64,000 bases of DNA from Botryllus schlosseri (GCA_051294905.1 CM119384.1:992001-1056000), one strand, 5' to 3'; counted from the first letter of the stretch, positions 49,901 through 64,000 are shown. The notes: a model not told the origin generated them from the letters alone. Translations and numbers: made by a program.

Positions 49901-52900
49901 TCTGCTGCATTACAGCGAAATACCAAAGGCTTCAGAGTGAAGCGGTTCATATGCTACCAGAGATATCCCTGATATGCTACAAACGTACGATTGCAATAGG
50001 CACCAAATCGTCGGCTAGTTATGAAATATACCGAGGCGGAAACCGATTAACACTCGCGAAAGCGGCTCGTTATCAAGATCTCTCGAAAGTTGTGGCGATC
50101 GGGTTATAATTTAACGAGTTTGGTGACAGATGAAAGCCACACCGGAAGAATATTAGGCAAGAAATTCGAAAATAGTCGCGAGTCTGAGGCAAACCGCGTT
50201 CAATTTACGATTTTCCTGCAAACGCACAGATGGCGACATTTTATTTTCGTATTGCATGTAGATCAATATCCGAGGGTGGCAAAACCAATTCGATTTGAAG
50301 TATAGACGCCATCGTGTTGCAAACTACTTTTTACTTTTCAAAATCAAAAATGAAAATGGAAAGTAGCATTGTCCATAAAAAGATTTGTGATTGATAAAAG
50401 CCAGCGTTTCGCAGTCCGGACCTTGCTACCCTGACTCCATACATGAGCCTGTTTTAGTATTTGTGAGGTAGCGTCCCCATAATCACGCAGCGTAAAGCAA
50501 ATCTATTGTTATAAGCCGAAACTAAAATTACTGAAACCCCAAATTCCACAGAACAAAATACCGCGGCACAATAACAATATACATCCCTAGAAGGCCCGCA
50601 AACATCTACACGGCAATGGAACGGAAGCCGTGTACCGTCTGCGGAAATACCTTGTCAGACCAAAAAATGTTAATGACTGAAATTTACGTTACGGCGACGA
50701 AATATCAAAGGGCTAAAAATCGAATTAACGAAACCGAACGCGATAGATTTATGCACAATTTACACAAGTCTTTCTTACAATATCGCGGTACTATTGCTGA
50801 GAGGCGGCAAGAATAACCGATCATTGACGAGCAGTGCCTAGTGCCTACTACTTGTGATCCAGAGATGAGCGACTGAAAAGTTTTCAGCTTTTTCGAATTA
50901 GATTAGAATTACAAAGAATGCTACAAATTTTTTCCGATTTTGAATTAAAATGATAGATAGTTTTTTTCCGAAATTTGAATAGAATTTGAATGATGGTTTC
51001 ACCTTTCTCTGCTCAAAGTAGATTAGATTTGGAATTACCGAATTCGCAGAAAAAACATCCATTTTTTATTTCGATTTGCAGCTGGTTTGGTATGTCTCGG
51101 AAACAACTACTTTTACCAGTACTGGAGTAGAAATTTTAAAATTACTTCTACTTGAGTGGCGATGTTGACTGCAATGACCAGCTCTAGGCTTTAGGGCACA
51201 AATTTTACTCGTAAGCCCCACAGGTCCGTAATTCGACCCCCTAAGCTTATGGTATTTAACGTATTCATCACACAAATGAATCGTGCTCGAGTCGGATCGG
51301 AATATTTTTCGTATGGACACCATCCCCAAACTATTACCTCGCATGTCTGCAACAAACAAGCCTAACATACACAATCAGTATGATGGCCGCGCGATTACAT
51401 ACCAGCGGATCATTAGCGGCTAGCATCGCTATACAAATCGAACACGGACCCGAGGCAAATTCTATTTAAGGATCGTAATTAACCATGAAGCCATTGTATT
51501 GCTTTTTCACACCCCGATTACAATGTCGAACACAGCAATCATTCCTGCACGGAGGCTATGTTTACTCCGCCAATTTTTTCTGGGATTATGTCGACTTCAA
51601 AGTCACCCTGCAGAGCTAAGCCAAGGGCATTAAAGAGAGATTGGCGTCCTTGAAAAGAGAAGTCACATTATCAAGAGCGAATGCATAGCGGCAGGCTTAG
51701 AATATCTCAAGAGATTTGGTTAAACAGTCGACACCCTTATTTATCCAGACTTTTTCGAAACAGGTCGGCCGTTCAAGCTTCATTACGCGGTCAATAAAAG
51801 CAACACTAAGATTACTGCATAGCGTGAGAATTTTTAATCTGTTTCCATATTGTGGATATTGTGATACAATGCACTAACTACCAAAAAAGCTACCGATTTG
51901 GATCGTACCGCAATCCATATTTAGGTCAGATCGGGGAAGTATGTGACTAAAAACGCCGCGATTTCCGTAATTTATACCACAAGAGCAAAATTCAATGGCG
52001 CAACACGCATATACCCTATCTGATCGGGCTGAACTGAAATCGCGGGTTGTAAGACAATCGATCAAGTCAGAGTAATTAAACGCGCGATTGGCAGGTTTAA
52101 GTTATACTGCGGATATAAAAATGCGTGGCCGTATCGATCCGCGAGTGGATAGCACGTTATCCTATGAATAGTTGATGATGAGTCAGGAAATAATATGGCA
52201 GCAGCTTCTACTATACAAGGAAAATGCACGATCAAAATGATCAAAAGTGCATTTAGTCCAGGGAACAAAATCTTAAAATGCAAAATATGTGAAAGTTCTT
52301 AGCCCACTGTATGTGATCAGAGTGTTGCGTCATAAAAAACTTATAATTTCTGGGTTTCGTGAAAACGCTACGGAAAAAACTGTATAGTGCGAAACGGGCC
52401 AAGCTTGCTGTACAGAAATTTGCCATTCTCGTGCTTTTGAGAAGGAACTCTAATTCGATATGAGTTAAACTTTCTAATTGTAATTGAATTTGGAAGGAAT
52501 CGTGTCGGTATAGTACAAATTCTTATTTAATTTGGAATAAAACTGTGTAGCTATGATTCTCACTCCAGCTCTGGTCTCAAATAAGGCAATTTATCAAGTA
52601 AAATCGCCAGATCAATTCAAAATGTAAAGATTATATTGCCGACACTGTAAAATCCCGCAATAAAGTCCGCCTGCAATGCGATTTCACTTTCAAAAACAGC
52701 GAATTTTAATTGGCGGCCGTGTAACAAGCAATCTATTAATGTTGTTCAATGTGTTAGCTGCGTGCTTATTATAGATTGCAAGGTTGGTCGCGTCGGCGCC
52801 AACGAAATGATTGCCAGTTACGCGCAGAGAGTGTCGTGATAAGGATTAGAACAAATGGCAGACTGATTAGAACTACATAACCGGACGCAAGCGCGTGTTG

Positions 52901-55900
52901 TCGTCACAGGGGTCCGTCCTAATCTACAAATTCGGATGTATTAAGACACACCAGGCATTGTAAGCGCAACGCATACTCAGTTCGGAGATAATCGAGATGA
53001 CCTGTTGTAGGTTTTATGGGTTACGAAATATGAAATATCTGAGAAGTCGTGGTCGACCCACTCCCTAAGTTGCACAAAAAGCGCGCGTTGGATTAGTTGT
53101 GCAACAAGCAGTTTAATTTTTGCGGTTAAAATGGTTTTTAGACTCTGAAAATTTATGCCGCGCGTCGCACACGCCAGGAAACCGCACTTTACGGCAGTTA
53201 ATTCCGTTTTTTCGTCGCCCGTGTACCTTTCAAACCAATCCGTCAGCCATATATCAAACAATCGTTAACGAATTCACTCAATCATTACGTAGGTAAACTC
53301 TGAGAAATTAGTTTTCGCCGAGCATTTGAACCGTAATGCAAATCATGCGACCTCTACTTACAGAATCAATAACAAAACGCGAGAGAAGTCTTCAAAACGA
53401 GAGAACAAATCGAAAAAATGCGCATCAAAATATCGCTTCATTCAAAGCAGATCGCGAATCGATATCTCCGATCAGACAGAGATGCTAGCCTTTGTATAAG
53501 GGTGGTAGCAACATATCACGCCGCGAATTGGCCTAATTTTGTAGCCTTTTGGTCGTTGGCGACGTAACTGGAACAGGTTAGCCACAACTTTCAGTACGAG
53601 GTGCCTTATCAGAAGATTTATAGCGTAAATTGATAAAAAATAGAGTAGCATTATACATAGAATAATATAATCATATTGATATGTTCGGGTTTATTTCAAT
53701 ATGAATACATTATTCAGTTGTATATTGAAGTTCTGTACCTTAAAAAGCCTTTCCAAACGGCATTACTTTATATTATTTTTCTCTCAGTGTGTATAGAAGT
53801 ATATTATACATATCCAAGGTCTTGGTATCAAGTATGTGATTGAAAGACGAGTATAACTCGTTTTGAACCCGTCCTATATTTCGCTTCGCTAAATTTTGTG
53901 GTGTTAAGAGAACTAATGAAAATATTAATACTGAGGCTAGTTCAACGCCAGGTGATTTTACTGTGTAATCTGAAACTCTCCGTATAGCATTGTGCGGTAA
54001 CATGTTTAAATATGATAGTAAATTGCGTTGATAAATTGCGTCGTAAGACTCAAAATTGACACAACGCAATTCGTTTGTAGGAGGCTCTTGGAGATGTGCG
54101 ATTGTTATTTTCGGAAATATTTTTTTCAATATGAGCATATTATTCAGTTGCATACTAAGTCGTTCGAGAAATCGAAAACTTTCACTCTAATTGCATGGCG
54201 AAGCATATGATCCCCAAGGCATTACACATCTGCCATGCGTTATGTGCAATTCCACGGAACATGAAAAGGGTTAGCCCATGTAATTTACTTCGGATTAAGG
54301 AACATACGCCTGAGCTTATAAGATATATTTAGCTGTGAAACTAATATTTATGAAACGCCAGACTTACTGCACGATAAAGATAGCCGCCGTTACGAGGTAT
54401 ATTTAGATAAGAAACGAATATTTTTAAAACCGCAAATATAGCCGGTCTTATGAGATCTATCTAGTAATGTAAAGGATATTTTATGAATCATACTTTCTGC
54501 TATCATAAAGATAGCCATTATTATGCGATATTAATTATGAAACGAATATTTTTGAATCGGAAAGATAGCACAGCGTGCCCCCGGCGTAAATGTCTTAAGA
54601 TATACGATGTTACAGTTTTAACCGTTAGACAGAAACTATAAATTAAATATCTCGCGCGTCACGTCCTGTCAGAAAATACCGATCCACATAATATTCCATA
54701 AAGTGGGAATTTCGGAAATCTAAATTGGCTGCAGTTTACGGTGATAGCCGTTCTGCCACGGCAGACATTTCGTCAGATAATACGGTAAACGTGACTGTCC
54801 TGCCTACTCTGTAAGCGAAGATGCAGCCATCACAATCGTGACTCAGAATAATAACATTCTGAAGAGTTTAACCGCACAGTGACTACAGTACACACAGGGC
54901 TGAAAAACTAGAAAATTGTCATATTTGCCAAACTAGATTATAATCAGAATCATTGAATTCGCAAACATTTCACAAATTAGATCGCCAACATTTCGCCCCA
55001 ATCAGTCTACTTATTATACAACTAGAATTATCTACTAATCCAAGTGAAGTGTAGTGACACCTTTCCAGACAGACCACAGCTTGATATCAGACTTTATTGT
55101 AACTCAGGTGACAAATCGCACATTCAAAGCGAACGACCAAGCGACGGCCCTTTCGTTTATTATTTATGATGTCACAGTAGCGTTGTTTAAACAAACTGTA
55201 GATTTGTTCCTTGATAAGCGCGTCTGGTCGAGAGAAGCTATTATTATTAACTTAACTGTATCAGAAAGCAGTGTACTGATAGTGGCTAGAAGGCTAGCCA
55301 AGATAGTTAGGCCTAGCTTTCAGCACAACGATGTAGCCATGCTATGAAGTAGCCGAGGTAGGATTTATTATCAATAGGAAACCAGTAGCTCTGAAGGAAT
55401 TTCGTTTCACTGGCGTGATTCTTTAATATACAATTGGATTATATACTGATATTGAAATAAACCCGAACATATTCTGATAAGATAGCTTACGAAGCTTATT
55501 TGTAACGATGACGTATATCACGCGCTAAGCAGTCTACACAGGAGTCAGATATTCACTAATCGAGATATTAACCAGACATTTCTAGGATACGCGCGTGACC
55601 GAATTCAAATCACGAGAAACCGATATGATGTGATATGGCAAGCTTACGCGATACCTAATATGACATAGGAATAACTAATTGAAGAGATTCTAGGAGGTAC
55701 AGAACTTCAATATACAATTGAATAAATAAATTGCTAGCTAGCGCGATCAGCCTGTAACTGAATAAGACCATATTGAATGTTGGATGAGCCTGGGAGTTTA
55801 CTGTAAATAAAGCAAGTCGCGGTAAGACAAAACGGAAGGAACAATGCGTTCTTGCAACACGCGGTAACATCATTCTTACTAAACAGCAATAGCGCGCATT

Positions 55901-56560
55901 GACAAGGAAATAAACCATACCAAATAGAAACTGCATGACAGCAGTAAGCTTACCGCGCCATTGAGGAGTGGAATCTACATTAGACGCCTTGCAATCATAG
56001 GTTAGATTCGTTTGCTATCAGCAGCACATCATCAAATTGTAACATGATTCCGGGAATAGACCACAATATGCAACTTACATTGAGATGAAATGAGATTATA
56101 CTGTCTGGCTACTACTAGTTAGTTATTGTAAACTGCAATATTTCCAAACACCGTAGTATATCAATTGAATATTCTGGTTTTCAGCTTGGTGCATAAGAAC
56201 GCATATAGAGTATTAGTAATTCGTCAGAACGCTGTATTGCAGTACGTCTTCGGATAGGAACCATCAAGGATAACGTAATAACGCACCTATAGACTTTCGG
56301 TAAGTAAAATTTGAATTTTATAAGCGCAGTCTATAGACAGCAGATTTTGGCAATTTTCAGCTGTTGCAAATTAGATTACAATTAGAATCACAGCTACGAA
56401 GTTTTTTTTTCCCAAATTATGGTCGACATAGAATTATACCTACACAGTTATTTCCAAATCAGATCAAAATTAGAATTATAGCTACACAGTTTTCCAAATT
56501 ATATTATAATTAGAGCTATTTAGTCTGATTGAGATAGTATTTTTACATATTTCAGATATC

Positions 56561-59500
56561 ATGGGGGATCTGTTTCACGAAAAGGCGGACCGCGACCTGT
56601 TTTTCAGCTCGTTCGGGACCGACATCGGGTCGCGGCTGGACCAGCTCAAGTTCGAATTCGAGGAAATTGAAAGCGGGGTGAGTGCTTGCTCCATGCTCAC
56701 GTAGCAGTTAAGGAGTATTGAATAAAATCGCCAAATCATCAAATACCATGCGACTATATACTCCCGCAGTTGAATGTTAACATTCCGTCAAGTTCAACTG
56801 GTATGCAGTCGTTTGCTGTGGCGCGTGAATTTTATAACCCTATGTCATAATATCGATATAAAACTTATTTGAGGCTCGTGTTTTGGTACGGTCCGGCCCG
56901 AAAAATGTAAATTTGCGGCACGCCGAAGGAGAAATATTCCGTAAACACACCGCTTTTTTTCAAATGTTATTCTTCGACATGCTTGGGTGGCAGCGTTTTA
57001 AAAATAATTGCCCACAGAAACCTGCGCAGATTTAAACTGTATTCCGTTTGGGAATAGTTGAATTAAATACAATTGTAGTTGTCTAATTACACTAATTATA
57101 CCGAAATGCCGGTACCGTAACTCTTATTCTTATCTAATTTGTGAAATGTTTCTATGCGGTAATTGCATCTAAACTTTCAGAATGTTATTGCATTTCCAAA
57201 AATAGATGCATTATTCATTGCCGTCACCTTTCCAATACATCATAAGACCGAGCAAGTCCGCCTTCAAAATACCAAATTTAGCCGCCAGAGTCTTAGCTTG
57301 AATCGTGGACACGATTTTTAAAGACGAGGTTATTTATTATTGACGCCATACTCAAACCGCGACCGAAAGTAATTGATCACAGCGGATTTATACGAAAAAT
57401 TCGGATCATTTCGCGCATATAGTAATATTATTACAGAAACCACTACAAGCTATACCTTGCAGTATATACTATGCGGTTTCCATTTAAATCACGAACCAAA
57501 TATCTGAATACACGCGCGCGCGTTACAGTTGCAAGACGAAACCGTACGACGTCACAATACGAAGACAATCACGAGAATAACCTGTCTTCCCATTTATAGA
57601 AAAACTTTCCATGAAGTACTAATTAGCGATATCAATCGATACTGCGCTACGCAGCACCTTACGAAATGAGTTTACAAGCCAAATACGGTTAGGTATGTCA
57701 GGAATTGAGAGTTTATTGGAATTTAAATCCGAATGTGCGATGGTGATTTGCTCTCTTGCCGGAATTTCTCATTATTTCACTAATACATGCATGGATCAAT
57801 AGTATATTCAGGTTTATTTCAGTATGAATATACTAATCAATTCTACCATCATTAATTTAACTTGCTCGCACTAGAAGTAGTTAGCGGGATAATATTCAAA
57901 CGAGTCGCGTTTTCGTCGACCGTTTCCAAAAAGCATTCACATGGAATAAAATCTACCCGGTTTTTCAGCATTTCATAACAATACCGCGTTTTTTTTTCAG
58001 AAAATAAAACAGCCAGTGAAATCAGAGGACGCGCCAGATTCGAACGGCCTCGAAAGTTTAGTTCAAAACGAAATCGAAAAGAAAATCAACGATGGTGAGA
58101 TGTTTAACCTGTTGACTCGTTATATATAGTACTTTTACAAACTACGAATATAGTTAGTTGACGAATGAATAGTTCTAGTTCTAGTTATGAGTTTTGAAAA
58201 GTGAATAGTTCTAGTTCTAGATCTAGTAACAGTCTGTACAAGTCTGTTCCTTACATGTCGCCTATTCGACAGACAATGTCCAGACAAACAACGTAATTAA
58301 TATTTCCTTCATGCTCGTTTCAGACAGCGATTCCGACAAGGAAAAAGACAAAGAACACAGATCTCGGACGTACACGATGATACGCGCCATTTCCACAGTC
58401 AGCCTCATGGCAAATTTCAAGGTAGGCAGACTAAATAATTCTAGTTGCCTAATCAGATTAATCAAAGATACATCCTGGTAATCTAATCTCATCAAATTTC
58501 TCAAAGTCTTGCGAGTTTTGTAATACAAATTCTAATTTGGAAACAAAAAGTGTAGCTATCATTCTAATTCTCATCCAATTCCAGAGCGGATTCTGGCGGA
58601 AAAAACGCGGGTCGAAAAAAAGCACAGGGTCGGACGATACCAGGCGAGGTTCCACGTCGTCGACGCCCGAGAATAACAACACTCAAGGCCTGCCCAAGAT
58701 CACAATCTCGGGAGACAGCGAAGGGAGGTCAACTATTTATTCAACGGTAAGACAGGAATTCATCGAAAAACTTCTTCGAACTTAATACAACCAAATACTC
58801 CAATTTTAACTCAATTCCAGCTCGTAGAAGCGAACATATTCTGGTTTTCATTCAAAATTCTTGGATTACTCGCACCAATAATTTCGCTTCTACCAGTATT
58901 TGCTGCGCATCGTTTTATTAGACTACTTGTCAACTAGATGGGGTAGAAAGTAAAATTTAAAATATTTTTGATAGTAATTACGAAATTTTCAACTGTGACA
59001 GCTTCACTTTTATTAGTCGGAATTCGGTTAAATTTGGAGTGCAACCTGGCAATTTTAGCTAATATCCGCAAAAATGTGAAGAAAAGTAGAATTTTTGAAC
59101 AGCCCCAATGGTCATATCTACATATTGTACCCGGGAACAAAGCATCCAAAAACAAAATCTTTGATTTTCAGGTCCCGCGAAAACCTAAAAACGCATCCCG
59201 CAGCCACACCATGTCACCCACGCGCACACGCTTGGGTAGTGACGGAGAAATTCCGGAACAGCTCCAAAGAACCGAATCAGGGAACGTATTCGTACCCCCG
59301 GTTATCATGGACGGAAAAGTGGTGCACGATTACCAGTACGCCACCCCGGAATTATCACCGAAAAAAGCGGAAGCCAACAAGTTCGCCAGGAGAAATTCCC
59401 TGTCTCGCCTGTTCCGAATAAGAAAGAGCCCGAAAAAATCGCCCAAAAAGGACACCACCCCCATCAAACATTTGTACGAGAAGACCGTCATGACCGCCAG

Positions 59501-59600
59501 CAACAACGAGTTGCATAGAGTGCAAGAAAACGGACATAGCGTAATCGTAGACGATGCTACTGCCAATACAATGCCGCGCAAGCATCTGGCGTCAACGTAA
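56561..59600 (+). CDS. Nested antisense gene in the DOCK intron, 299-aa low-complexity protein of unknown family. Coding exons 56561-56677, 58001-58094, 58324-58421, 58585-58746, 59172-59600
   Basis: Five GC-richer exons with strong pyrimidine-AG acceptors and GTGAGT, GTGAGA, GTAGGC and GTAAGA donors; phases 0,1,0,0 chain into a stop-free 900-nt CDS (MGDLFHEKADRDLFFSSFG...KHLAST*). Confidence 0.82.
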
Positions 59601-60763
59601 ACTTGCGAACTGCAAACTGAACTCGAACCGCGGTTTAAACGATCTGTCCCGTGTTCAGGCTCTGCTTCGAGCGAAGAAATGAACGACTCCGAAAATAAGA
59701 CTTGGTTTACGAGGTGTAACTCTCTCACATTACAAAAACACTGATACTTTTAAAAGACTGTTTATTTGGCTTTTACGAGAAACTGTTGTTGATTACGCCC
59801 GGAGGTTGTCAGTTACAAGGCAACCCTAGTAGGTTATGCCATGTAGTTTTTCAGGCGAAACTACTTTTTCTGCGATTTTGTAAAGCCTAGGTACTTTACG
59901 ACACTGATACTTTTGAAAGTGCGTTTAATTGGATTTTGGGGAATTTACAGCATCACTCTGCCCAGAGGTTATCAGTAACGGAATTTTCAGAGGAGACAGC
60001 GGTAATAATGTCTATCTTTGAAGAATATTACAACTAATTTTAGTGTGACTGGTCGTTTTGCGTTCGCAATTTTAAAACTAGCCACTGGTTACAGTTTTAA
60101 TCACCTTTACATTGCTTATGGGGCAGGGTATGCTCGCTATTGCATCGCGTAAAATGCTGTCGGTTAGGAACAACGTCTAATTTACACTACTATTCATATC
60201 GACGGAGGCGAAAATCTTCTGTAATTTATTGCTCTTGCCTTGCTAGCAAACAGTAAAACCGCATTCTTTTCTCTTTTTTACAATAAAATCTCAAAGAATG
60301 AGTACTGTCTTTTACCAACTATCTAACGCAGCAGAAGACAACTTTTAAGAAAGAAATTGCCCATTGATTACTATTTATAACTGAACAAGTGCTTTGAAAA
60401 GGTTCCAGCACCAGCAGTTTTAGTTAGCCTACAGCTGTAGTTGTGAAGTGAGTACTTCTATTTCAAGTTCTAGTTGCGAATTTTCAAAAATGAGTAGTTC
60501 TGGTTTTAAATACTTAATTCAAAAATGCTATTACAGTAACAGCGTAGTTTGGATAGGTTAAAGTTTAAACCAAGATTGTAAGCAGGACGTAAATAAATAT
60601 AGCATGACCTTCACGCTTAATGACTCGACTAGCGTCATAAACTCATGATCTTAAATATCATTAACTGATGTACTTTCAGCGACCTTGTCGATTCCTAATT
60701 TACAAGCTGATATGGTTTCATGAAACCACATTTGGTAGACTCAAGTTTGAAATCAAGTCCTAC

Positions 60764-63700
60764 CTGCATTCCCTTGTCGCTTTGAGCGTACGCGTTGATC
60801 ACGGAAAGCGAGTTTTGAAATCTGGAATTTCCGATTCCGCCTTCCTCGCTGATCAGTTGGGAAACGGCTTTGATCATCTTGAAAAATAAAGCCACACTTG
60901 ATTTTACAAGAAAGCGTGTGCATTAGGGCTATTCAAAAATAACTTCATTACCAATTATATAATTGCACACCGTAAATACTATATTTTTCAAATCCGAAAT
61001 TTTCAACTCAAATAACTTTCGTTCTACTGGCTGGAATTGAGCCGAATTTGATATGCATCATTTTTATAGACAACCTAACAATTTTATGGGTAGCCAGTAA
61101 AATTTGAAACATTTTTATATTGATTCTTAGTAAATAATCCAAAACTTTTTTAAAAATAGCAAGGCTTCAATAGGTTGTAATTGTCCCAAAATTGGTATGC
61201 AGCGTTTTTTTAGGCCATCTAACAATTTCATCAAGTAGTCAGTAAAACTTGAAGAATATTCTTCAACTTTTTATAATAAATCTAAAATTTTCTACTCCTA
61301 TAGCTATGCTTCTACAGATTGGAATTGAGCAGGTAAAAGACAGTTTTATGCCTATTTTTCAACTGTCGATCCTGATACACGAGACTTGAATAAGTCATAT
61401 AGAATGACTCAAGTCTTATAATTCGACTCATAAGCAATAACTCGAGTAGAAGTCGAGTAAATACACAAATTTACTCGAGTAGAGTCATTTTACATTTTTG
61501 ATAAAAAATATTTCGAATCATTATAACCCTGCCCTTACCTGTAAGTGCGACCTCACAAAGCTTTTGGAGGCCGTGTTGCTGGAGGAGTATTCGAAATTGG
61601 ATCTCATAAGGAGGTAGAGCAAGGCGCATGCTTCTGCTCTGGTACTTGAGAGGCGAGAGTTGCAGCATTTCAAGGCGTGGTAGATGAGAGAAGCGCACAG
61701 GTCTGCTTTTCCTTTGAACAAAGCCGCTTGGAACTGGAAAAATAAATTTTTGGGTTCAAAAGACCATACCTGTACAAACTATCAATCTGGTTCGTTGACG
61801 GCCCAGTAGCTACTGTCATTGTAGTAGTTCTAGTTCTAGTTGCGGGTTTTGAAAAGTTTGTAGTTTTAGCTCTAGTTGTAATTGCGAATTTTGAAAATTC
61901 AGTAGTTCTAGTTCTAGATTTTGCAAAGTGTAGTTCTGGTTCTAGTTGTAATTGCGAATTGGAAAAGTGACTGGTTCTAGTTCCACTTCTACATTTTAAA
62001 AAGCGAGTAGTTCTAGTTGTAGCTCTAGATTTTGAGAAGTATGTAGTTCTGGTTGTAGTTCTAATGGCGAATTTTGAGAATGAGTAGTTCTAGTTCTACT
62101 TCTAGATTTTAAATAGCTGTGTAGTTTTGGTTGTAGTTGTAATCGCGAATTTACAAGTGAGTAGTTCAAATTCTAGTTCTAGACTTTGAAAAGTGTGTAG
62201 TTCTGGCTGTAGTTCTAATGGCGAATTTTGAAAAGTAAGTAGTTCTAGTTCCACTTCTACATTTTGAAAAGTGGGTAGTTTTAGTTCTAGTTCTACATTT
62301 TAAAAAGCGAGTAGTTCTAGTTGTAGCTCTAGATTTTGAGAAGTATGTAGTTCTGGTTGTAGTTCTAATGGCTAATTTTGAGAAGTGAGTAGTTCTAGTT
62401 CTACTTCTAGATTTTGAAAAGTGAGTAGTTCTAGTTCTAGTTCCAGATTTTAAAAAGTGAGTAGTTCGAGTTCTAGTTCTAGATTTTGAAGTGTGTAGTT
62501 CTGGTCGTAGTTGTAATTGCGAATTTTGAAAAGTCAGTAGTTCTAGTTCTAGTTATGATTATTGAAGAGTGAGTAGTTCTAGTTCTAGTTGCTAGTTTCG
62601 AAAGATATCGAGTTCTAGTTCTAGCTGCGCATTTTGAAAATCCAGTAGTTTGCACGAGTCAAGAAACAATGCCTCTCTGCAATAGTGGTTGAAGATATGT
62701 TTGGGTTGGAAAAGTTAGTTTGGACATTTGCAGTCTCCTGTAGGCCGGAATCAAGTCTTATACCTCATAATTCCTCAATTAAAGAGTCCCTACTAAGATC
62801 GAAAGTCGAAACTAGCTCTTTTCTCGAATTCCGATTTGCATTTCGAACACTACCAACGGACGAGATTACCTTGCACATGAAAAGACGCAGGGACGCAAAG
62901 ACATGCTTCAAAACGCATTCCGACTGGCTGATTTCCAGAAACAGGAGAAATATCGACGACACTCTTCTCATGAGAGGGTTGTCACCTTCGTCTTTTTGAA
63001 GAATTTTCTGCACATACATACCAAAAATTATTTCCAGCCAAAAATATGCAAAAATGTACATTCGTTATTTTTGTTGTGGTCCCTGAAACAAAGGGCACCA
63101 CTACAGTATGAATGATGTAGAAACTCCGAATATAAAGTGCCAGATACAATAATCACCGATAATCAAACAATATCACTCATCGGAATCAGCTTAGCAGTGC
63201 TGTTCAAAAGGAACTTTTTTTCCAAAATTTTACTGGCTACTTAATTGAATTGTTAAGTCGCCTAAAAAATCCTGCACACATATTCTGGCTCAATTGCAAC
63301 CTATAGAAGCAGATAATGATGGGGAGATCTATAATAAATATTTGATGAATTTGCCACCGTAAATACTATTTTTTTCGAATCAAAAATTTTTTACTCCAAT
63401 AACTTCGCTTCTCCATGTTGGGATCGAGCCAAAATTTGTTGTACATCGTTTTTTCCAACAACCTAAGAATTTCGTGGGGTGGCCAGTAAGATTTGAAAAA
63501 AATATATATTTATTTTTATTAAATATATCCAAAATACTTTTCATTATATAGCAGGTTGGAATCGAGCCAAATTTGGTGTGTAGGCATAAATTAGGTAACC
63601 TTACAATTTTATCAAGTAGCCAGTACAATTTGAAAAAATATATTTTCTAAAAGCTCTACTGTGCATCGTTGACGCCTCAAAAATACTAGAACCAGAAAAT

Positions 63701-63830
63701 ACCTTGAATTGTTTTTCTCTCACAAAATCTCCCAACACGTCAAGAATAACCATGGCGATTTCATTTGCGAGATTAGCCTCTAAGCGAGAGCTCTGAGTGA
63801 CTTCCTCTTCCTTGTAAAAATCTGCACCAC
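60764..63830 (-). CDS. DOCK9: DOCK-D gene, upstream exon block: 63703-63830, 62870-63007, 61539-61733, 60764-60877 (gene continues past the window end)
   Basis: [26 protein letters not shown]...[76 protein letters not shown] joins [11 protein letters not shown] in phase 0 across the 30117-60763 intron. Confidence 0.95.
61769..62660. repeat. Expanded array of the GTAGTTCTAGTT...TTTTGAAAAGTGA family within a DOCK intron
   Basis: About 20 degenerate 35-45 bp units bounded by the same termini as 43630-43901. Confidence 0.8.
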
Positions 63831-64000
63831 CTAAAATAAAACTGAGCTTTCAGAGTACAGAACCGGTGCGACGTCAATTAATACTATTTCTCATTGTTAC
63901 TCCCCGAGGTGGGCAAAGTAGTGATAGTTGATACTCAGTAGAAGTAGAAATAGCAATTTCAAAGTAGGTATAAAAGTAAGTATTCTAGGCCTAGTTCTGC

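Noticed and set aside
52062-52283. Hydrophobic 73-aa - strand ORF resembling a signal peptide
   Set aside because: No splice partners or recognisable domain; within chance expectation.
59330-59728. 132-aa - strand ORF
   Set aside because: Antisense to the last exon of the nested gene; not DOCK-like and not needed for the DOCK frame.

Overview
AT-rich metazoan genomic DNA with GT-AG spliceosomal introns and many non-autonomous DNA-transposon repeats. An invertebrate, possibly an ascidian, is plausible, but this cannot be shown from the sequence. Everything below was spliced and counted by hand. (1) 1-17 kb: a tandemly duplicated, decaying cluster. It holds two copies of the 3' end of an unknown + strand gene and three - strand fibrinogen-related (FReD) units. 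One is an EGF x4 + FReD gene built from 240-bp exon-intron cassettes, one is a remnant, and one is a signal-peptide FReD gene with a frameshift. A ~350-bp module of unknown function lies upstream of these units in 4 copies. (2) 20.8-63.8 kb: the 3' part of a DOCK-D (DOCK9/10/11, zizimin) Cdc42 GEF gene on the - strand, with 15 core exons that splice in frame plus 2 candidate optional exons. (3) Its 30.6-kb intron carries a 5-exon antisense gene for a 299-aa low-complexity protein with a PxIxIT-type motif. (4) A repeat family carries a minimal type I hammerhead ribozyme motif (3 copies). (5) hAT-type MITEs with 8-bp TSDs, a foldback-like element with a 9-bp TSD, and several satellite-bearing elements. 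No tRNA, rRNA, CRISPR array or intact transposase was recognised.
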